Assembly (NCBI GenBank): GCA_046761065.1
Contig: JBHIFL010000001.1
Span: 96,001 to 160,000 of the forward strand
Direction: 5' to 3'
DNA: 64,000 nucleotides
DNA from: Candidatus Heimdallarchaeota archaeon
Lineage (GTDB): Archaea > Asgardarchaeota > Wukongarchaeia > Wukongarchaeales > JBHIFL01
Below the pieces are notes generated by a model. The model saw only the letters and a list, made by a program, of their open reading frames with translations, was not told the origin of the DNA and searched no databases. Below are positions 19,629 through 29,717 of the stretch, piece by piece (position 1 is the stretch's first letter; each line of letters begins with the position of its first letter). Position numbers and translations under genes: made by a program.

Positions 19629-20171
19629 TTAGAGCGCCTGCATGGCGATCATCGGTTTAACCCGTAGGGCACGGTTATTGGCAAGAAGAACTCCAGGAAG
19701 CTGGAGCAAGATGATGATAATGAACGTATTAATCATGATATCCCGAGTAAAGTAAAGGTTTTTCACAAGGACAGCTTGAGCCAATGCTTCAGGATCTTCC
19801 AAGCCGAAGATGTAGTAACTCATGCCCAACAGATGGATATCAAGTTCAATCAACAAAAAGAATCCTACAAAGGATAAAAAGAGAATTTCGCCCACAATAC
19901 GGGTCCATACGTTGCGATTTGACCAGCCTATAGCCTTCAAGGTGGCAATTTCCTTCTTTCGGAAGGTAGTGAGGATGAGACCATACATAGTCGATAATAT
20001 CATGCCCCCACACACAGTAACCAGCAAAAGCACATAATTTCCTGGGTCTTTTTCGAGTTGCTTGAAAGAGGTCGCTATAGAGAGAGCAAGCATCGAATAC
20101 ACGATAATAAACCCAAAGAAACGTCGTTTATTACGAGTTGCAATACGCCAAGATTTGAAGAAGATTCCCAA
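19629..20171 (-). CDS. FtsX/MacB-family permease, minimal (no large extracytoplasmic domain)
   Basis: RKKEIATLKAIGW coupling motif, four TMs, RALRVKPMIAM terminus. Confidence 0.85.
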   Translation of the reverse strand: MGIFFKSWRIATRNKRRFFGFIIVYSMLALSIATSFKQLEKDPGNYVLLLVTVCGGMILSTMYGLILTTFRKKEIATLKAIGWSNRNVWTRIVGEILFLSFVGFFLLIELDIHLLGMSYYIFGLEDPEALAQAVLVKNLYFTRDIMINTFIIIILLQLPGVLLANNRALRVKPMIAMQAL

Positions 20172-20417
20172 AATAACCTCCTCCGCATTCTAGATATCTT
20201 GTAATTCTCTTTTAAAAAAGGTTCCTTAAATACGTTTCAGATTTATCAACAACCCCATACGAGGAATGCAATTAAATATGATGAATAGAGAAGAGTTCCC
20301 ATCACAAGAAAAGGGTAGCTTAAAAGTACCCAGCGGTACCACTCACGTGTTATCAGCGCTTATATCTTTTTATACAAGAATTGCAATTTATCAATAACAC
20401 ATTTGTGGGACTACAGC

Positions 20418-21023
20418 ATGCTCCATAGTGTGTATGTATATGGTCAAGATGGGAACTGTATTTATGTAAAGAATTTTAGTGAGGAAAAAATCGACAAGGA
20501 TCTACTAACGGGATTTTTTTCAGCCCTTCACATGTTTAGCTCCCAATTTGGGGAAAAATTAGAATTCATTCAAACTGACAAACGCACCTTTGTGTATGAT
20601 CAGGCTGCCGGCCTCATTTTTGTTGCATGTGTAGCTAATAATGCAGACATACGAGCAGTCAGAAATCGGTTAATAGAGCTTAAGGACTCTGTCTTGCAGC
20701 GTATACGCAGGGGCCGTCAGGTATGGGGCAGAGAAGCTAGGACCATTAATGGAACTATTCATGATTCGCTCATCAAAAAGATCATGGAACCTCAGAGTAT
20801 CCCCCTCAAGCCATCAGCTAAAGAAAAATACAAACCCGTTGCTCGACCGGTGTATGGGGCTTTACACACCACAGAAAATAGCGCCCTTTCCTATTTGTTT
20901 TTCAAAGGTGTCGCTTCACTTCATGATTTGATTGAGTATCTCCATTGTTCTGAGGAAGAAGCAACTTCCATTATCCAAAGCTTGCGGCAAAAAAAACTTG
21001 TAGAACCGGCCTATAAGGGTTAG
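20418..21023 (+). CDS. Longin-domain protein with C-terminal winged HTH
   Basis: N-terminal SVYVY..DG.CIY..F.....DLLTGFFSALHMFS longin pattern. C-terminal SLHDLIEYL..SEEEA..IIQSL..KKLV wHTH. Confidence 0.75.
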   Translation: MLHSVYVYGQDGNCIYVKNFSEEKIDKDLLTGFFSALHMFSSQFGEKLEFIQTDKRTFVYDQAAGLIFVACVANNADIRAVRNRLIELKDSVLQRIRRGRQVWGREARTINGTIHDSLIKKIMEPQSIPLKPSAKEKYKPVARPVYGALHTTENSALSYLFFKGVASLHDLIEYLHCSEEEATSIIQSLRQKKLVEPAYKG

Positions 21024-21263
21024 AACCCAGGTTGTTATACGTGGCTACATTACAGAATCGATCTCTCTATTTTTGACTCATTTCCACACTCCTCTGCTAT
21101 TTTAAATGAGGTGATGTCTAAATAAGTTAAAAGGTAAACCTCACGCTTCATTTTAACATTTATGGCTTCTAATGAAATGAAAATACAACAAAAATTAAAC
21201 AAGGAAATATTCTTTCCTATTGAGAGTTTGTTCAGAGTTCAGGCTTAGGAACACCAACTAACT

Positions 21264-23051
21264 ATGACGAATAAAAGGGTGATTGTTTTGAATGAAGAAC
21301 TGCGCGAAATGTATCTTATGGCGTTGAAAGAAAACCCTACGGTTTTTGATAGATTTGTATCTAGAGGCGATGTACGAGATCCGGTGGATATCTCCAATCC
21401 CCGAATCGAAGCTGAAAGGATCACTTCTCGCGCGATTCGCTCAGTCTCCTATGATCGAACCCCAAGATATGTGCCGATCGTGGGAACTGCAGGGTCAGGA
21501 AAAACCCATTTTTATTGGGTGTTAAAAGATAAACAAATTGACCTACCAGACGTTGACTATGAGACGGTTTATGTTCCGAGCCCTCCTGCACCTGTGAGGA
21601 TGCTTTTACATATTTACATATGTGTGATGGATGAAATTGGTTTAGATATCTTAAAAACCGTTTCAGAACGTCTTGTAACGGCATATGGAGGGAAAAAAAA
21701 ACGTTTCAAATTGTTTGGACCTGAAATGGAGGAGATCATTGGAAGGGCGATACGTTGGTATCCAGGTGTTAGTGCAGATGTAGTTCGAGCGCTGATCATG
21801 TATCAAATGGCTCCAAAAGAAATAAAAACGATTGCAGAGTGGTGGCTTCTTGGAGAAACGCTTAGTGAGGAAGAGATGGAAATTTTAGGAGTGTCTCATA
21901 TAATAGAAGAGGATGATATGTGTCTTGCCACCCTTAAATTATTAGCCGAGAACATTGATCAGCCGATCATCCTTTATTTTGATGAGCTTGAAATCCCATA
22001 TCGAACATTTGGTGATGAAGCTGAAATCCGACTTTTTGAAACCATTAAACGCCTTTACAACGAGGTACGGTCCATAATAGTTGTCACCGCCTGTTTATCC
22101 GATGTATGGGAGCGCATCCTTGATCTCGCAGATCCTGCGACGAAAACACGGATGGAACAAACTGCAAATCTAGTTCCCTTCGCCGTAGAAGACATTAAAC
22201 AATTCTATATCGCGGCGCAGCAGGTTTTTTGGGATGCTCAAAATTTAAATCCCCCCGAAGATCTCTTTTTCCCCTTAGAGGAAGACATTTTCCCACAAAT
22301 CCACAAGGCATCTGAGGGAAATCCCCGAGAAGCGATACGACTAATTCGTGATGCATTGGATAGTATATTATTTGAAAGACCATTGCCACCTTCACTTATT
22401 AGTACAGAAGTTGTTCCTAAACTACGACCACCGCCTCTCTTTGTAGAAGCAGATATCCCGAAAGCAGAAGCAACCCTAATAAAAAGACCGGAATCGATTC
22501 CTGAGGAAGAAATTATCGCAGTGGATGTCAACCCAGGCAGTATAGGGGGAAGTGCGATGGCCTCCATATTGACGGTAGCAAAAAACCTTGGGCAAGAAAA
22601 ACGGATTAAAGTTGAAATGGAGTTTGTGTTTGAGGCTGCAGGAAAACGACGCAAACTAACTGGAGTGATCAAATCCGGGAGTGAGCCGCCTATAGGAATC
22701 GAAGTTCCTTCCTGTAAGACCTTTAGTCGAAGCGGAGGAGTCGCGGCTTATTATTCAGCAAGACGCCTTAATGAAGCACTGGAGACAAACACCATTGCGA
22801 GAGGTTGTCTAATCGTCCCTAAGGGAACAAGTGGCAATAAATATAACCAAATCGTAAGTTCGATGAGAGAAAAGGCGTTAGTCATCGAACTTTCACAGAA
22901 TGAAGCTGAAGCCCTTATTCGGAAAGCTCGGACGCATCCTATCGAACAAATTTTTCCCCTTATCAAATTATTTTTCCCCAAATACGAAAGACTTCCTGAA
23001 AAATCCATGCAAGAGACCGAAGAACCCTTTAAAACGGTTGGAAACTCGTAA
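21264..23051 (+). CDS. AAA+ ATPase with additional C-terminal alpha/beta domain
   Basis: Walker A GTAGSGKT, Walker B LYFDELE, sensor-2 GNPREAIR, Pro/acidic linker then a ~170-aa domain. Confidence 0.8.
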   Translation: MTNKRVIVLNEELREMYLMALKENPTVFDRFVSRGDVRDPVDISNPRIEAERITSRAIRSVSYDRTPRYVPIVGTAGSGKTHFYWVLKDKQIDLPDVDYETVYVPSPPAPVRMLLHIYICVMDEIGLDILKTVSERLVTAYGGKKKRFKLFGPEMEEIIGRAIRWYPGVSADVVRALIMYQMAPKEIKTIAEWWLLGETLSEEEMEILGVSHIIEEDDMCLATLKLLAENIDQPIILYFDELEIPYRTFGDEAEIRLFETIKRLYNEVRSIIVVTACLSDVWERILDLADPATKTRMEQTANLVPFAVEDIKQFYIAAQQVFWDAQNLNPPEDLFFPLEEDIFPQIHKASEGNPREAIRLIRDALDSILFERPLPPSLISTEVVPKLRPPPLFVEADIPKAEATLIKRPESIPEEEIIAVDVNPGSIGGSAMASILTVAKNLGQEKRIKVEMEFVFEAAGKRRKLTGVIKSGSEPPIGIEVPSCKTFSRSGGVAAYYSARRLNEALETNTIARGCLIVPKGTSGNKYNQIVSSMREKALVIELSQNEAEALIRKARTHPIEQIFPLIKLFFPKYERLPEKSMQETEEPFKTVGNS

Positions 23052-23063
23052 TGAGGTGATAAT

Positions 23064-23558
23064 TTGTTAGTAGGTGTCATTGCAGATACTCATGATAACT
23101 TGATGAAACTAGACGATGCCTTGAAAATTTTTAATGAACGAAATGTCACCCTTGTAGTTCATGGCGGTGATATTATTGCTCCCTTCGCTGTCCCCCCGCT
23201 AGCACAGCTTAATTGTAAAGTAATCGCGACATTTGGTAATAATGATGGTGAGCGGGCGGGATTAAGCCGTAAATTTGCGGAAATCAATGGGGTTGTACAA
23301 GAACAACCAGTGGTGGAGACCACTGAAGGAAATGCCATCTGTATTGTTCATGGTGATCATCTGAATCTTCTAAATACCGTTTTAGTATCTGGGCAATTCG
23401 ACCTTGTTGTATCAGGACACACTCATCGACCAAAAACAGAACTTGTGGGTAGAACTCTGCATGTAAATCCGGGGGAGTGCGGCGGGTGGCTGACAGGCCG
23501 TTCAACAATTGCTCTTGCAGATCTAGAAGATAAAACCGCTGAAGTCATTGATATATGA
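23064..23558 (+). CDS. YfcE/MJ0936/Vps29-family metallophosphoesterase
   Basis: ADTHDN, HGGD, GNND, VHG, GHTH, NPGE. Confidence 0.92.
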   Translation: MLVGVIADTHDNLMKLDDALKIFNERNVTLVVHGGDIIAPFAVPPLAQLNCKVIATFGNNDGERAGLSRKFAEINGVVQEQPVVETTEGNAICIVHGDHLNLLNTVLVSGQFDLVVSGHTHRPKTELVGRTLHVNPGECGGWLTGRSTIALADLEDKTAEVIDI

Positions 23559-23965
23559 ATAATCAAGGACAATTCGAAGTCAGAACAACCCCCGAAATTC
23601 ACTGATTTTGTGGAGTTAAATCGAGTATATTTCAAGATTGACGAGCGATGCGATAATGGGAAAATGTGGCTATTTCAAATTCATTAGATTTTTAGAATTA
23701 CAACCCAATAAAAGATATTACGAGGATAAAGTAGATTGAGACGATCCCAACCAATGTCCAGTTACCTTCTTCTGCATCAAATACGGGATTAATGAGGTAA
23801 ATAGTTGTTTAAAACCTTTTTTCGATAAAAAAAGCTGGTAACCGCTTAGATTACAACATTTGCCTTTATTCAGAAATTTATTTAAGTTATCCCCCCACAA
23901 ACGGTGCTTTTAATCCTTTTATATGCTATGATAATATCTTACTTGAAACAAAAGGAGCTAGAATT

Positions 23966-25180
23966 GTGGCTGCAAAAGATGTCCACGTCCTTATAGTGGT
24001 CCCGCAAGGAACCCAAAGTAAAAGGATCTTAGCTGGATTAATGAAGGTTTTGCCCGTGATCGCAGAACAATTTAACGTGTCTTTTACGATAGATTGTATC
24101 TATCGAGACGAATCTCTCCCAGTAGTTCAGGTTATCAGATCTATTTCAAAAATGCAAAGCTCAAAGGTGCGTATAGGCAAAAGATACTGCCTTAAAGAGC
24201 AACCAGAACCTGATGATGCTTATAAAAACGCATCTCTTGTGGTAGTAGGAACACCAGCAAATACTGAGGCACCATATGTGGTAGAAGCACTCATCAGGTA
24301 TACTCCTGTGGTTCTTTTAGGAGGAGCAAGTCGAGAAAAGCTTCCAGACCTAGTTAAATCAGAGATTGTGAAGAAAAACCTCTCGAAGAGGGATTCGGAC
24401 TATATCTATGAAGAAATCAGAAAATGGGTGAAATCCCCCTTTTTCTTTATGCCTATAAGTGGTTCGAGCGGTTTCAAATCCTTATCTGTAGATGTAGATA
24501 CTTACAAAGAGAACAAAATTATTCAGACGCTGAGCTGCAATAGTACCGCTTTAGCAATGTTTGCAGAAGTACTCGGAAAATTAGGGTTGAACTATATCAA
24601 TGGGAATATTATTCGGCGAGGACTTGATCCCCATGTATCGGGGAAAACACCTCCACCAGGGTCTATCGAGTTTGGATCGTTCGGACACCAAGGTCAGGAT
24701 GCAATGTCTGTATTAAGAAATATACCCATGGAAATAACGGCCTCAAGGTCAGGATCAAACACACGTACACACATTATGCAGCTTGAATGCTTTTTCGAAA
24801 AAACAATCTCTATTAGTAAAATAATAGCTGAACTCGAAAACACACGTGGCATTTTGGTGATTCCAAGTAAGTATCAAGGCCGAGAATACAAAAATACTGG
24901 CATCCAACTCGAACTCGTTGCTGATGATGCAGCAGATAACCCTCGACCTTGGAATTCGGTGTTCGAGTTAATAATTTCTGACCAGATCCTTGAACTAGCA
25001 ATTCCAAATCAACAGGAAAAAGCTTTTTCATTTTTCCTAACAATTGAGCAACAGTCTATTGCAGTCCCTAATAGCATCTCTGCAATACTTTACCAACTCG
25101 GCTTTCGTTGTGATTTTATGAAAACGATACATCACGCTTTGGGGGTTTTGACATCACTTAAGCGTACCATTGAAAACTGA
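23966..25180 (+). CDS. Divergent archaeal type II glyceraldehyde-3-phosphate dehydrogenase-like protein
   Basis: LSCNSTAL, IRRGLDP, GHQGQDA, T.THI and QQSIAVPN match the type II GAPDH motifs SCNTT, RR.ADP, HHG.DV, TLMH and QESIVVPEN. The Rossmann motif is degenerate. Confidence 0.7.
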   Translation: MAAKDVHVLIVVPQGTQSKRILAGLMKVLPVIAEQFNVSFTIDCIYRDESLPVVQVIRSISKMQSSKVRIGKRYCLKEQPEPDDAYKNASLVVVGTPANTEAPYVVEALIRYTPVVLLGGASREKLPDLVKSEIVKKNLSKRDSDYIYEEIRKWVKSPFFFMPISGSSGFKSLSVDVDTYKENKIIQTLSCNSTALAMFAEVLGKLGLNYINGNIIRRGLDPHVSGKTPPPGSIEFGSFGHQGQDAMSVLRNIPMEITASRSGSNTRTHIMQLECFFEKTISISKIIAELENTRGILVIPSKYQGREYKNTGIQLELVADDAADNPRPWNSVFELIISDQILELAIPNQQEKAFSFFLTIEQQSIAVPNSISAILYQLGFRCDFMKTIHHALGVLTSLKRTIEN

Positions 25181-25339
25181 AAAATCACTTACCCTGAGTG
25201 ATTAAGATAAGTATGAAGAATAACAGATCATTTAAAAAATACTCTGAAATCGCTGAAATCATATGAACTGATTGGTATTTAAAGCATTTTGATCGAAAAT
25301 CCTCAGATTGGTGAGATACAAGTATACGGGGGAATATTA

Positions 25340-26455
25340 ATGCCTAATTTCATGCTACAAGAGATCAAGGAACAGCCAGCAATCCTTCGCCACTTAACAA
25401 AGCAAAATAACACTATTATGGATATTGCAGATCAAATTGGGACAATAAATCGGATTTATTTAACTGGTTGTGGCGATCCGTATTTTGCTGCCCTGACAAG
25501 TCGCTATTATATTGAAAAGGCGACGAAGATACCAACTATTGCCCTACCGAGTATGGATTTCCGTTGGGTACGAAATGACCTCCCCGTTCGCTCCTTAGTG
25601 GTCGCATCAAGTGTCAGTGGGAGAACAAAACGCACGATTGAGGCCTTAAAAGCCTCCAAAGAAGCCGGAGCGATAACAGTAGGCATCACGGATAATGCTG
25701 AGAGCCCGTTAACCACTTATTGTGATTTTGTTATAGAAACTGAGACGAGCCCTCCCGAAACCCTTAATCGACATGAATACGCAGGATATCAGTACGTAGT
25801 ACCCCAAACGAAAACTTATACCGCTGTTATGTTTGTTCAAATGGCATTGGGATTCGCTCTTAATGCTGGAACTCGTGAAAAAACCCCTTTTTTCAATCAC
25901 TTTTTGAAAGAAACTGCAAAGGCGATTCAAACAGTTGTCAAACGTCTAGAAGCACCCTGCAAAGAGCTGGGAACAAGATATTCGGAGAAAAGCCAGTTTG
26001 TGATTCTCGGCTCGGGTCCTTATTTCGGACTAGCAAAATATGGAGCAGCTAAATTTCTCGAGTATGCCATTCCAAGTTATAGTCAGTGTCTTGAAGAGTT
26101 TAATCATCAAGAAATCTTTTTAGCAAATGATCGGTGGCTCATTGTTTTCATAGCACCTGATTATTTTTCGCTTCATCGCACACGAGAGCTGGCACCTTTG
26201 TACGGTAAGCTGGGAGCAAGATCCCTTACTCTCGAACCAGCACTAAACCCTTTCAGTGAAAATATAGATTTTATCATAGTTGGTACATATCCAGAAGTCA
26301 TCAACCCTTTCACCTATGTAGTACCGCTCCAGCTACTAGCATTCTTCATTGTCAAAGCAAAAGAGTTAGATGTAGACGAATGGTGTGGAGGCAAACGTAC
26401 AACACAAATTGTTGAGCTTAGTATACAAACTATAAGGAATTCGGAAATCATTTAA
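25340..26455 (+). CDS. Double-SIS-domain sugar-phosphate isomerase/deglycase (GlmS/FrlB-like, no glutaminase domain)
   Basis: MLQEIKEQP, LTGCGD, SVSGRT, TKTYT, AAKFLE, EEFNH, VPLQLLA. Confidence 0.85.
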   Translation: MPNFMLQEIKEQPAILRHLTKQNNTIMDIADQIGTINRIYLTGCGDPYFAALTSRYYIEKATKIPTIALPSMDFRWVRNDLPVRSLVVASSVSGRTKRTIEALKASKEAGAITVGITDNAESPLTTYCDFVIETETSPPETLNRHEYAGYQYVVPQTKTYTAVMFVQMALGFALNAGTREKTPFFNHFLKETAKAIQTVVKRLEAPCKELGTRYSEKSQFVILGSGPYFGLAKYGAAKFLEYAIPSYSQCLEEFNHQEIFLANDRWLIVFIAPDYFSLHRTRELAPLYGKLGARSLTLEPALNPFSENIDFIIVGTYPEVINPFTYVVPLQLLAFFIVKAKELDVDEWCGGKRTTQIVELSIQTIRNSEII

Positions 26456-26517
26456 CGGAAATAGAATACCTTGTTTGATAATAAAGGGTGTAAAAGAGAA
26501 CTGAGTCGGCGAACCAA

Positions 26518-27435
26518 TTGGATCCCATCTCCGTAGCTATGTTCGAAGGGTTGTATATTTGTTGTCAGCAGAGTTCGCAAGTCAGTTTTTTTAACTCACC
26601 TTGGTTCGCACATCGTAAAGGCCTAGCCATTGATATTTATAATGGGTACTTTGGGACAGAAGCACTTTCACCGGTCAATGGAACAGTCTTCGCCATTCGA
26701 CGCTTTCAATCTCCGAAGTCAAAATATTTCGAGAGCAGTCCTTGGGAATGGGCTATGCTCCTCAATCCTTTCGATAACGAGTCTGTTTGCTTCAAACTCC
26801 TTCATGTAGAACCGATCGTTGAAGAAGGGGAAGAAGTTAAGATTGGAACTCCAATTGGCAAATACATTCGAAATGGCTATTTTGAACCTTGGACAGGCCC
26901 ACATGTTCATCTGGAGATACGTCGCAAAAAACCCTCACTAAATACAATGTATCGAGCTTCTGGAGCCTTACATTTCGAATCTCTGATCGAACCTGAAGCA
27001 GATCTTGATCCTGCACAAGAGCTGGTAGGTCAAGTACAGCAAGTAGACACCCATTTCATTTCAGTAGAGTTTGGAAGAGAAGTAAAACATAGCTGGACGG
27101 GCTTTTCAGCGAAAGTTAGATCAAATTTATGCCTTATTGATGGAGGCTTTGTGTACTATAATGGGTTTGGGGGGATCTTGGGAAATACAAGAAAATTCTT
27201 TCTAGGAGCCCCAATTACCATTGAATCTCGTATTATTGGTTATATTATGCGAATAATCGGTCCAAAAAGAGCCATTGCTCAGTTTTTACGGATTTGGATA
27301 AGTGTGAACAACAAACGTGTGATGGGACTCTCTCTTGGCACATCATTTGTAACAAAGCAATTGAAAATAGTAGATCGAAACCTGAATCAGCTTGACCTTA
27401 AGGAAGGCGATGAAGTAACTATTAAAATTTTATGA
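26518..27435 (+). CDS. M23-like (LytM fold) metallopeptidase, archaeal type
   Basis: H..GLAID (HxxxxD), LHVEP.V..G..V..G, PHVHLE (HxH). Confidence 0.75.
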   Translation: MDPISVAMFEGLYICCQQSSQVSFFNSPWFAHRKGLAIDIYNGYFGTEALSPVNGTVFAIRRFQSPKSKYFESSPWEWAMLLNPFDNESVCFKLLHVEPIVEEGEEVKIGTPIGKYIRNGYFEPWTGPHVHLEIRRKKPSLNTMYRASGALHFESLIEPEADLDPAQELVGQVQQVDTHFISVEFGREVKHSWTGFSAKVRSNLCLIDGGFVYYNGFGGILGNTRKFFLGAPITIESRIIGYIMRIIGPKRAIAQFLRIWISVNNKRVMGLSLGTSFVTKQLKIVDRNLNQLDLKEGDEVTIKIL

Positions 27436-27483
27436 AGTGTTTTTTTAACCAAAACTCAACATCACAAGTGTTGGTTAAGAATA

Positions 27484-28515
27484 ATGACATCAATAGCAAC
27501 CCTTGGAAGTCATTCGGCACTTCAGATCCTTAAAGGAGCAAAAGATGAAGGGTTAAAGACAGTTCTCGTGTGTACAAATGATCGAAAGCCCTTTTATAAT
27601 CGTTTCAACCTCGTGGATCATTATGTGATGGTGGATCAGTTCTCAGAGATCAGTCATAAAGAAATTCAGCAACACCTAATAGAACTCGATTCTGTGCTTG
27701 TACCTCATGGCACACTCATCTCGAATGTGTCCTTAGATACAATTGAACAATTAGCAGTGCCTTTTTTTGGTAACAAACATATACTGCGGTGGGAAGCGGA
27801 TCGAAATCTGAAACATGAGCTTATGAAATTGGCGGGAATGAAGGTCCCCCAAATTTTTCAGACACCAGAAGAGATAGATCGCCCAGTAATCGTCAAATTC
27901 CCCGGAGCCGAGGGGGGACGGGGATATTTCCTCGCTAAAGACTCCAAAGATTTCTCTAAAAAAATTCAAACCATGATAACCCGGAATTTAGTGAATAAAC
28001 CCGCTTTAAAAGATGTTTTTATTCAAGAATACGTTTTTGGCATCGCCGCATATCCACATTTTTTCTATTCCCCTCTTTTAGGTCGTACCGAACTTCTGGG
28101 AATAGATCGTAGGTATGAAAGCGATGTGGATGGGCTTGGGCGTATTCCTGCCGAGCAACAACTAGAGATGACGCCACTTCCAACTTACAGTGTGATTGGG
28201 AACATCCCTCTTGTACTGCGAGAATCCCTAGTTCAACATTTATTTGAAATTGGTGAGAGTTTCGTGGAGGCTGCCCGTCAAAAGGTACCTCCCGGAATGA
28301 TAGGAGCATTCTGCATTGAGGGAGTTTATAACCAGAAAAATCAATTTATCCCCTTTGAATTTAGTGCACGAATTGTAGCTGGGACTAATCTATTTATCGA
28401 TGGCAGCCCCTACTCCCAGTTGTACTTTAATGAACCGATGAGCATGGGAAAACGCATTGCACGAGAAATAAAAATAGCTGCCGAGCAGAAAGTACTCGAT
28501 CAAATAATTACCTAG
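27484..28515 (+). CDS. purP: 5-formaminoimidazole-4-carboxamide ribonucleotide synthetase (PurP family)
   Basis: IATLGSHSALQI..GAKDEG, VIVKFPGAEGGRGYF, GIDRRYES, FEFSARIVAGTN. Confidence 0.93.
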   Translation: MTSIATLGSHSALQILKGAKDEGLKTVLVCTNDRKPFYNRFNLVDHYVMVDQFSEISHKEIQQHLIELDSVLVPHGTLISNVSLDTIEQLAVPFFGNKHILRWEADRNLKHELMKLAGMKVPQIFQTPEEIDRPVIVKFPGAEGGRGYFLAKDSKDFSKKIQTMITRNLVNKPALKDVFIQEYVFGIAAYPHFFYSPLLGRTELLGIDRRYESDVDGLGRIPAEQQLEMTPLPTYSVIGNIPLVLRESLVQHLFEIGESFVEAARQKVPPGMIGAFCIEGVYNQKNQFIPFEFSARIVAGTNLFIDGSPYSQLYFNEPMSMGKRIAREIKIAAEQKVLDQIIT

Positions 28516-29625
28516 GTGAGAGTGATGATAGATCACGATGAAATTGAGACCACACTCGACGATTATAACGTAGCGGAAATCCATATCGGCTGTCTGGGTA
28601 GTCATTCCGCTCTGGAAATTGCTTATGGAGCCCATGCAATTGGGTTGAAAACCGTGGTGGTGTGTCAACGGGGCCGTGAGAAGACGTATACGCGTTATTT
28701 TTCGAATCTTTTTGATGAAATACTCGTGTTGGAGAAGTTCACTGAGATTTGTAATCCTGAAATAATTGATCAGCTCCAAGAATTGAACACGATTTTTGTC
28801 CCAAACCGCTCCTTTTCTGTGTATGTTGGATATGACAATATTGAGAAGCAATTTCTTATTCCTCTCTTTGGAACGCGGAGTCTTTTACGCGCTGAAGAAC
28901 GTGATACCCCAAAAGGTCAGTATTACCTCCTCAAAAAAGCCGGCTTAAGGTATCCAAAACTATTCACCTCACCGGATGATATTGATCGGCTAGTCATGGT
29001 CAAACTGCCGCACGCCAAAAGACGTGTTGAACGTGGATTTTTTACTGTGGCATCTCCGGAAGAATTTGATAGCAAGTCCAAAGATCTCTTGGCCGAAGGA
29101 ATCATTAAAGAAGAGGATCTACGTAAGGCTCGCATTGAGGAGTTCGTTATTGGGGCACTTTTCAATTTGGATTATTTTTATGGGCCGACAACGGGAGAAG
29201 TGGAGTTTCTAGGTGCAGAACAACGGATTGAATCGGATATTGAGGGTTTTTTGCATATGACCGCAGCGGAACAAATGGCAATTTCTATGACGCCACACAT
29301 TATTCCGGTTGGCCATCGAGGAGTGACTGTACGGGAATCCCTATTAGAAAAGGTCTTCGTCCTCGGGGAAAAATTCCGTGTCACAACGGAAAAAGAGCAT
29401 CCTCCCGGGATAATTGGCCCATTTGCCCTTCAAGGGGTTTTTGATAAAGATACCGAATTCTGGACATTTGATGTGTCCCTTCGGGTCCCAGGGGCGCCAA
29501 TCCTACTAACGACTAGCCCCTATACGCTCTACAAGCATGGGACGCAGCTCAGTGTGGGTCGGAGGATTGCCATGGAGATTCATACCGCAATAGCACAGAA
29601 CAAATTAATAAGGTGCTTAACCTAG
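28516..29625 (+). CDS. PurP-like ATP-grasp paralog
   Basis: LGSHSALEI, FVPNRSF, ERGFF, GIIGPFALQ, FDVSLRVPG. Confidence 0.9.
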   Translation: MRVMIDHDEIETTLDDYNVAEIHIGCLGSHSALEIAYGAHAIGLKTVVVCQRGREKTYTRYFSNLFDEILVLEKFTEICNPEIIDQLQELNTIFVPNRSFSVYVGYDNIEKQFLIPLFGTRSLLRAEERDTPKGQYYLLKKAGLRYPKLFTSPDDIDRLVMVKLPHAKRRVERGFFTVASPEEFDSKSKDLLAEGIIKEEDLRKARIEEFVIGALFNLDYFYGPTTGEVEFLGAEQRIESDIEGFLHMTAAEQMAISMTPHIIPVGHRGVTVRESLLEKVFVLGEKFRVTTEKEHPPGIIGPFALQGVFDKDTEFWTFDVSLRVPGAPILLTTSPYTLYKHGTQLSVGRRIAMEIHTAIAQNKLIRCLT

Positions 29626-29717
29626 TGGGGGAGACCAAAACTGAAAAATCTTGTCACTGAGTGGGATACTCTACGGATAACCTATCCGTAACAAGAAACT
29701 TATGTGAGGATCTAAAG

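Noticed and set aside
27484-29625. Tandem purP genes as a readthrough fusion or novel duplication
   Set aside because: Each is a complete ATP-grasp protein, and paired PurP paralogs are well known in archaea.
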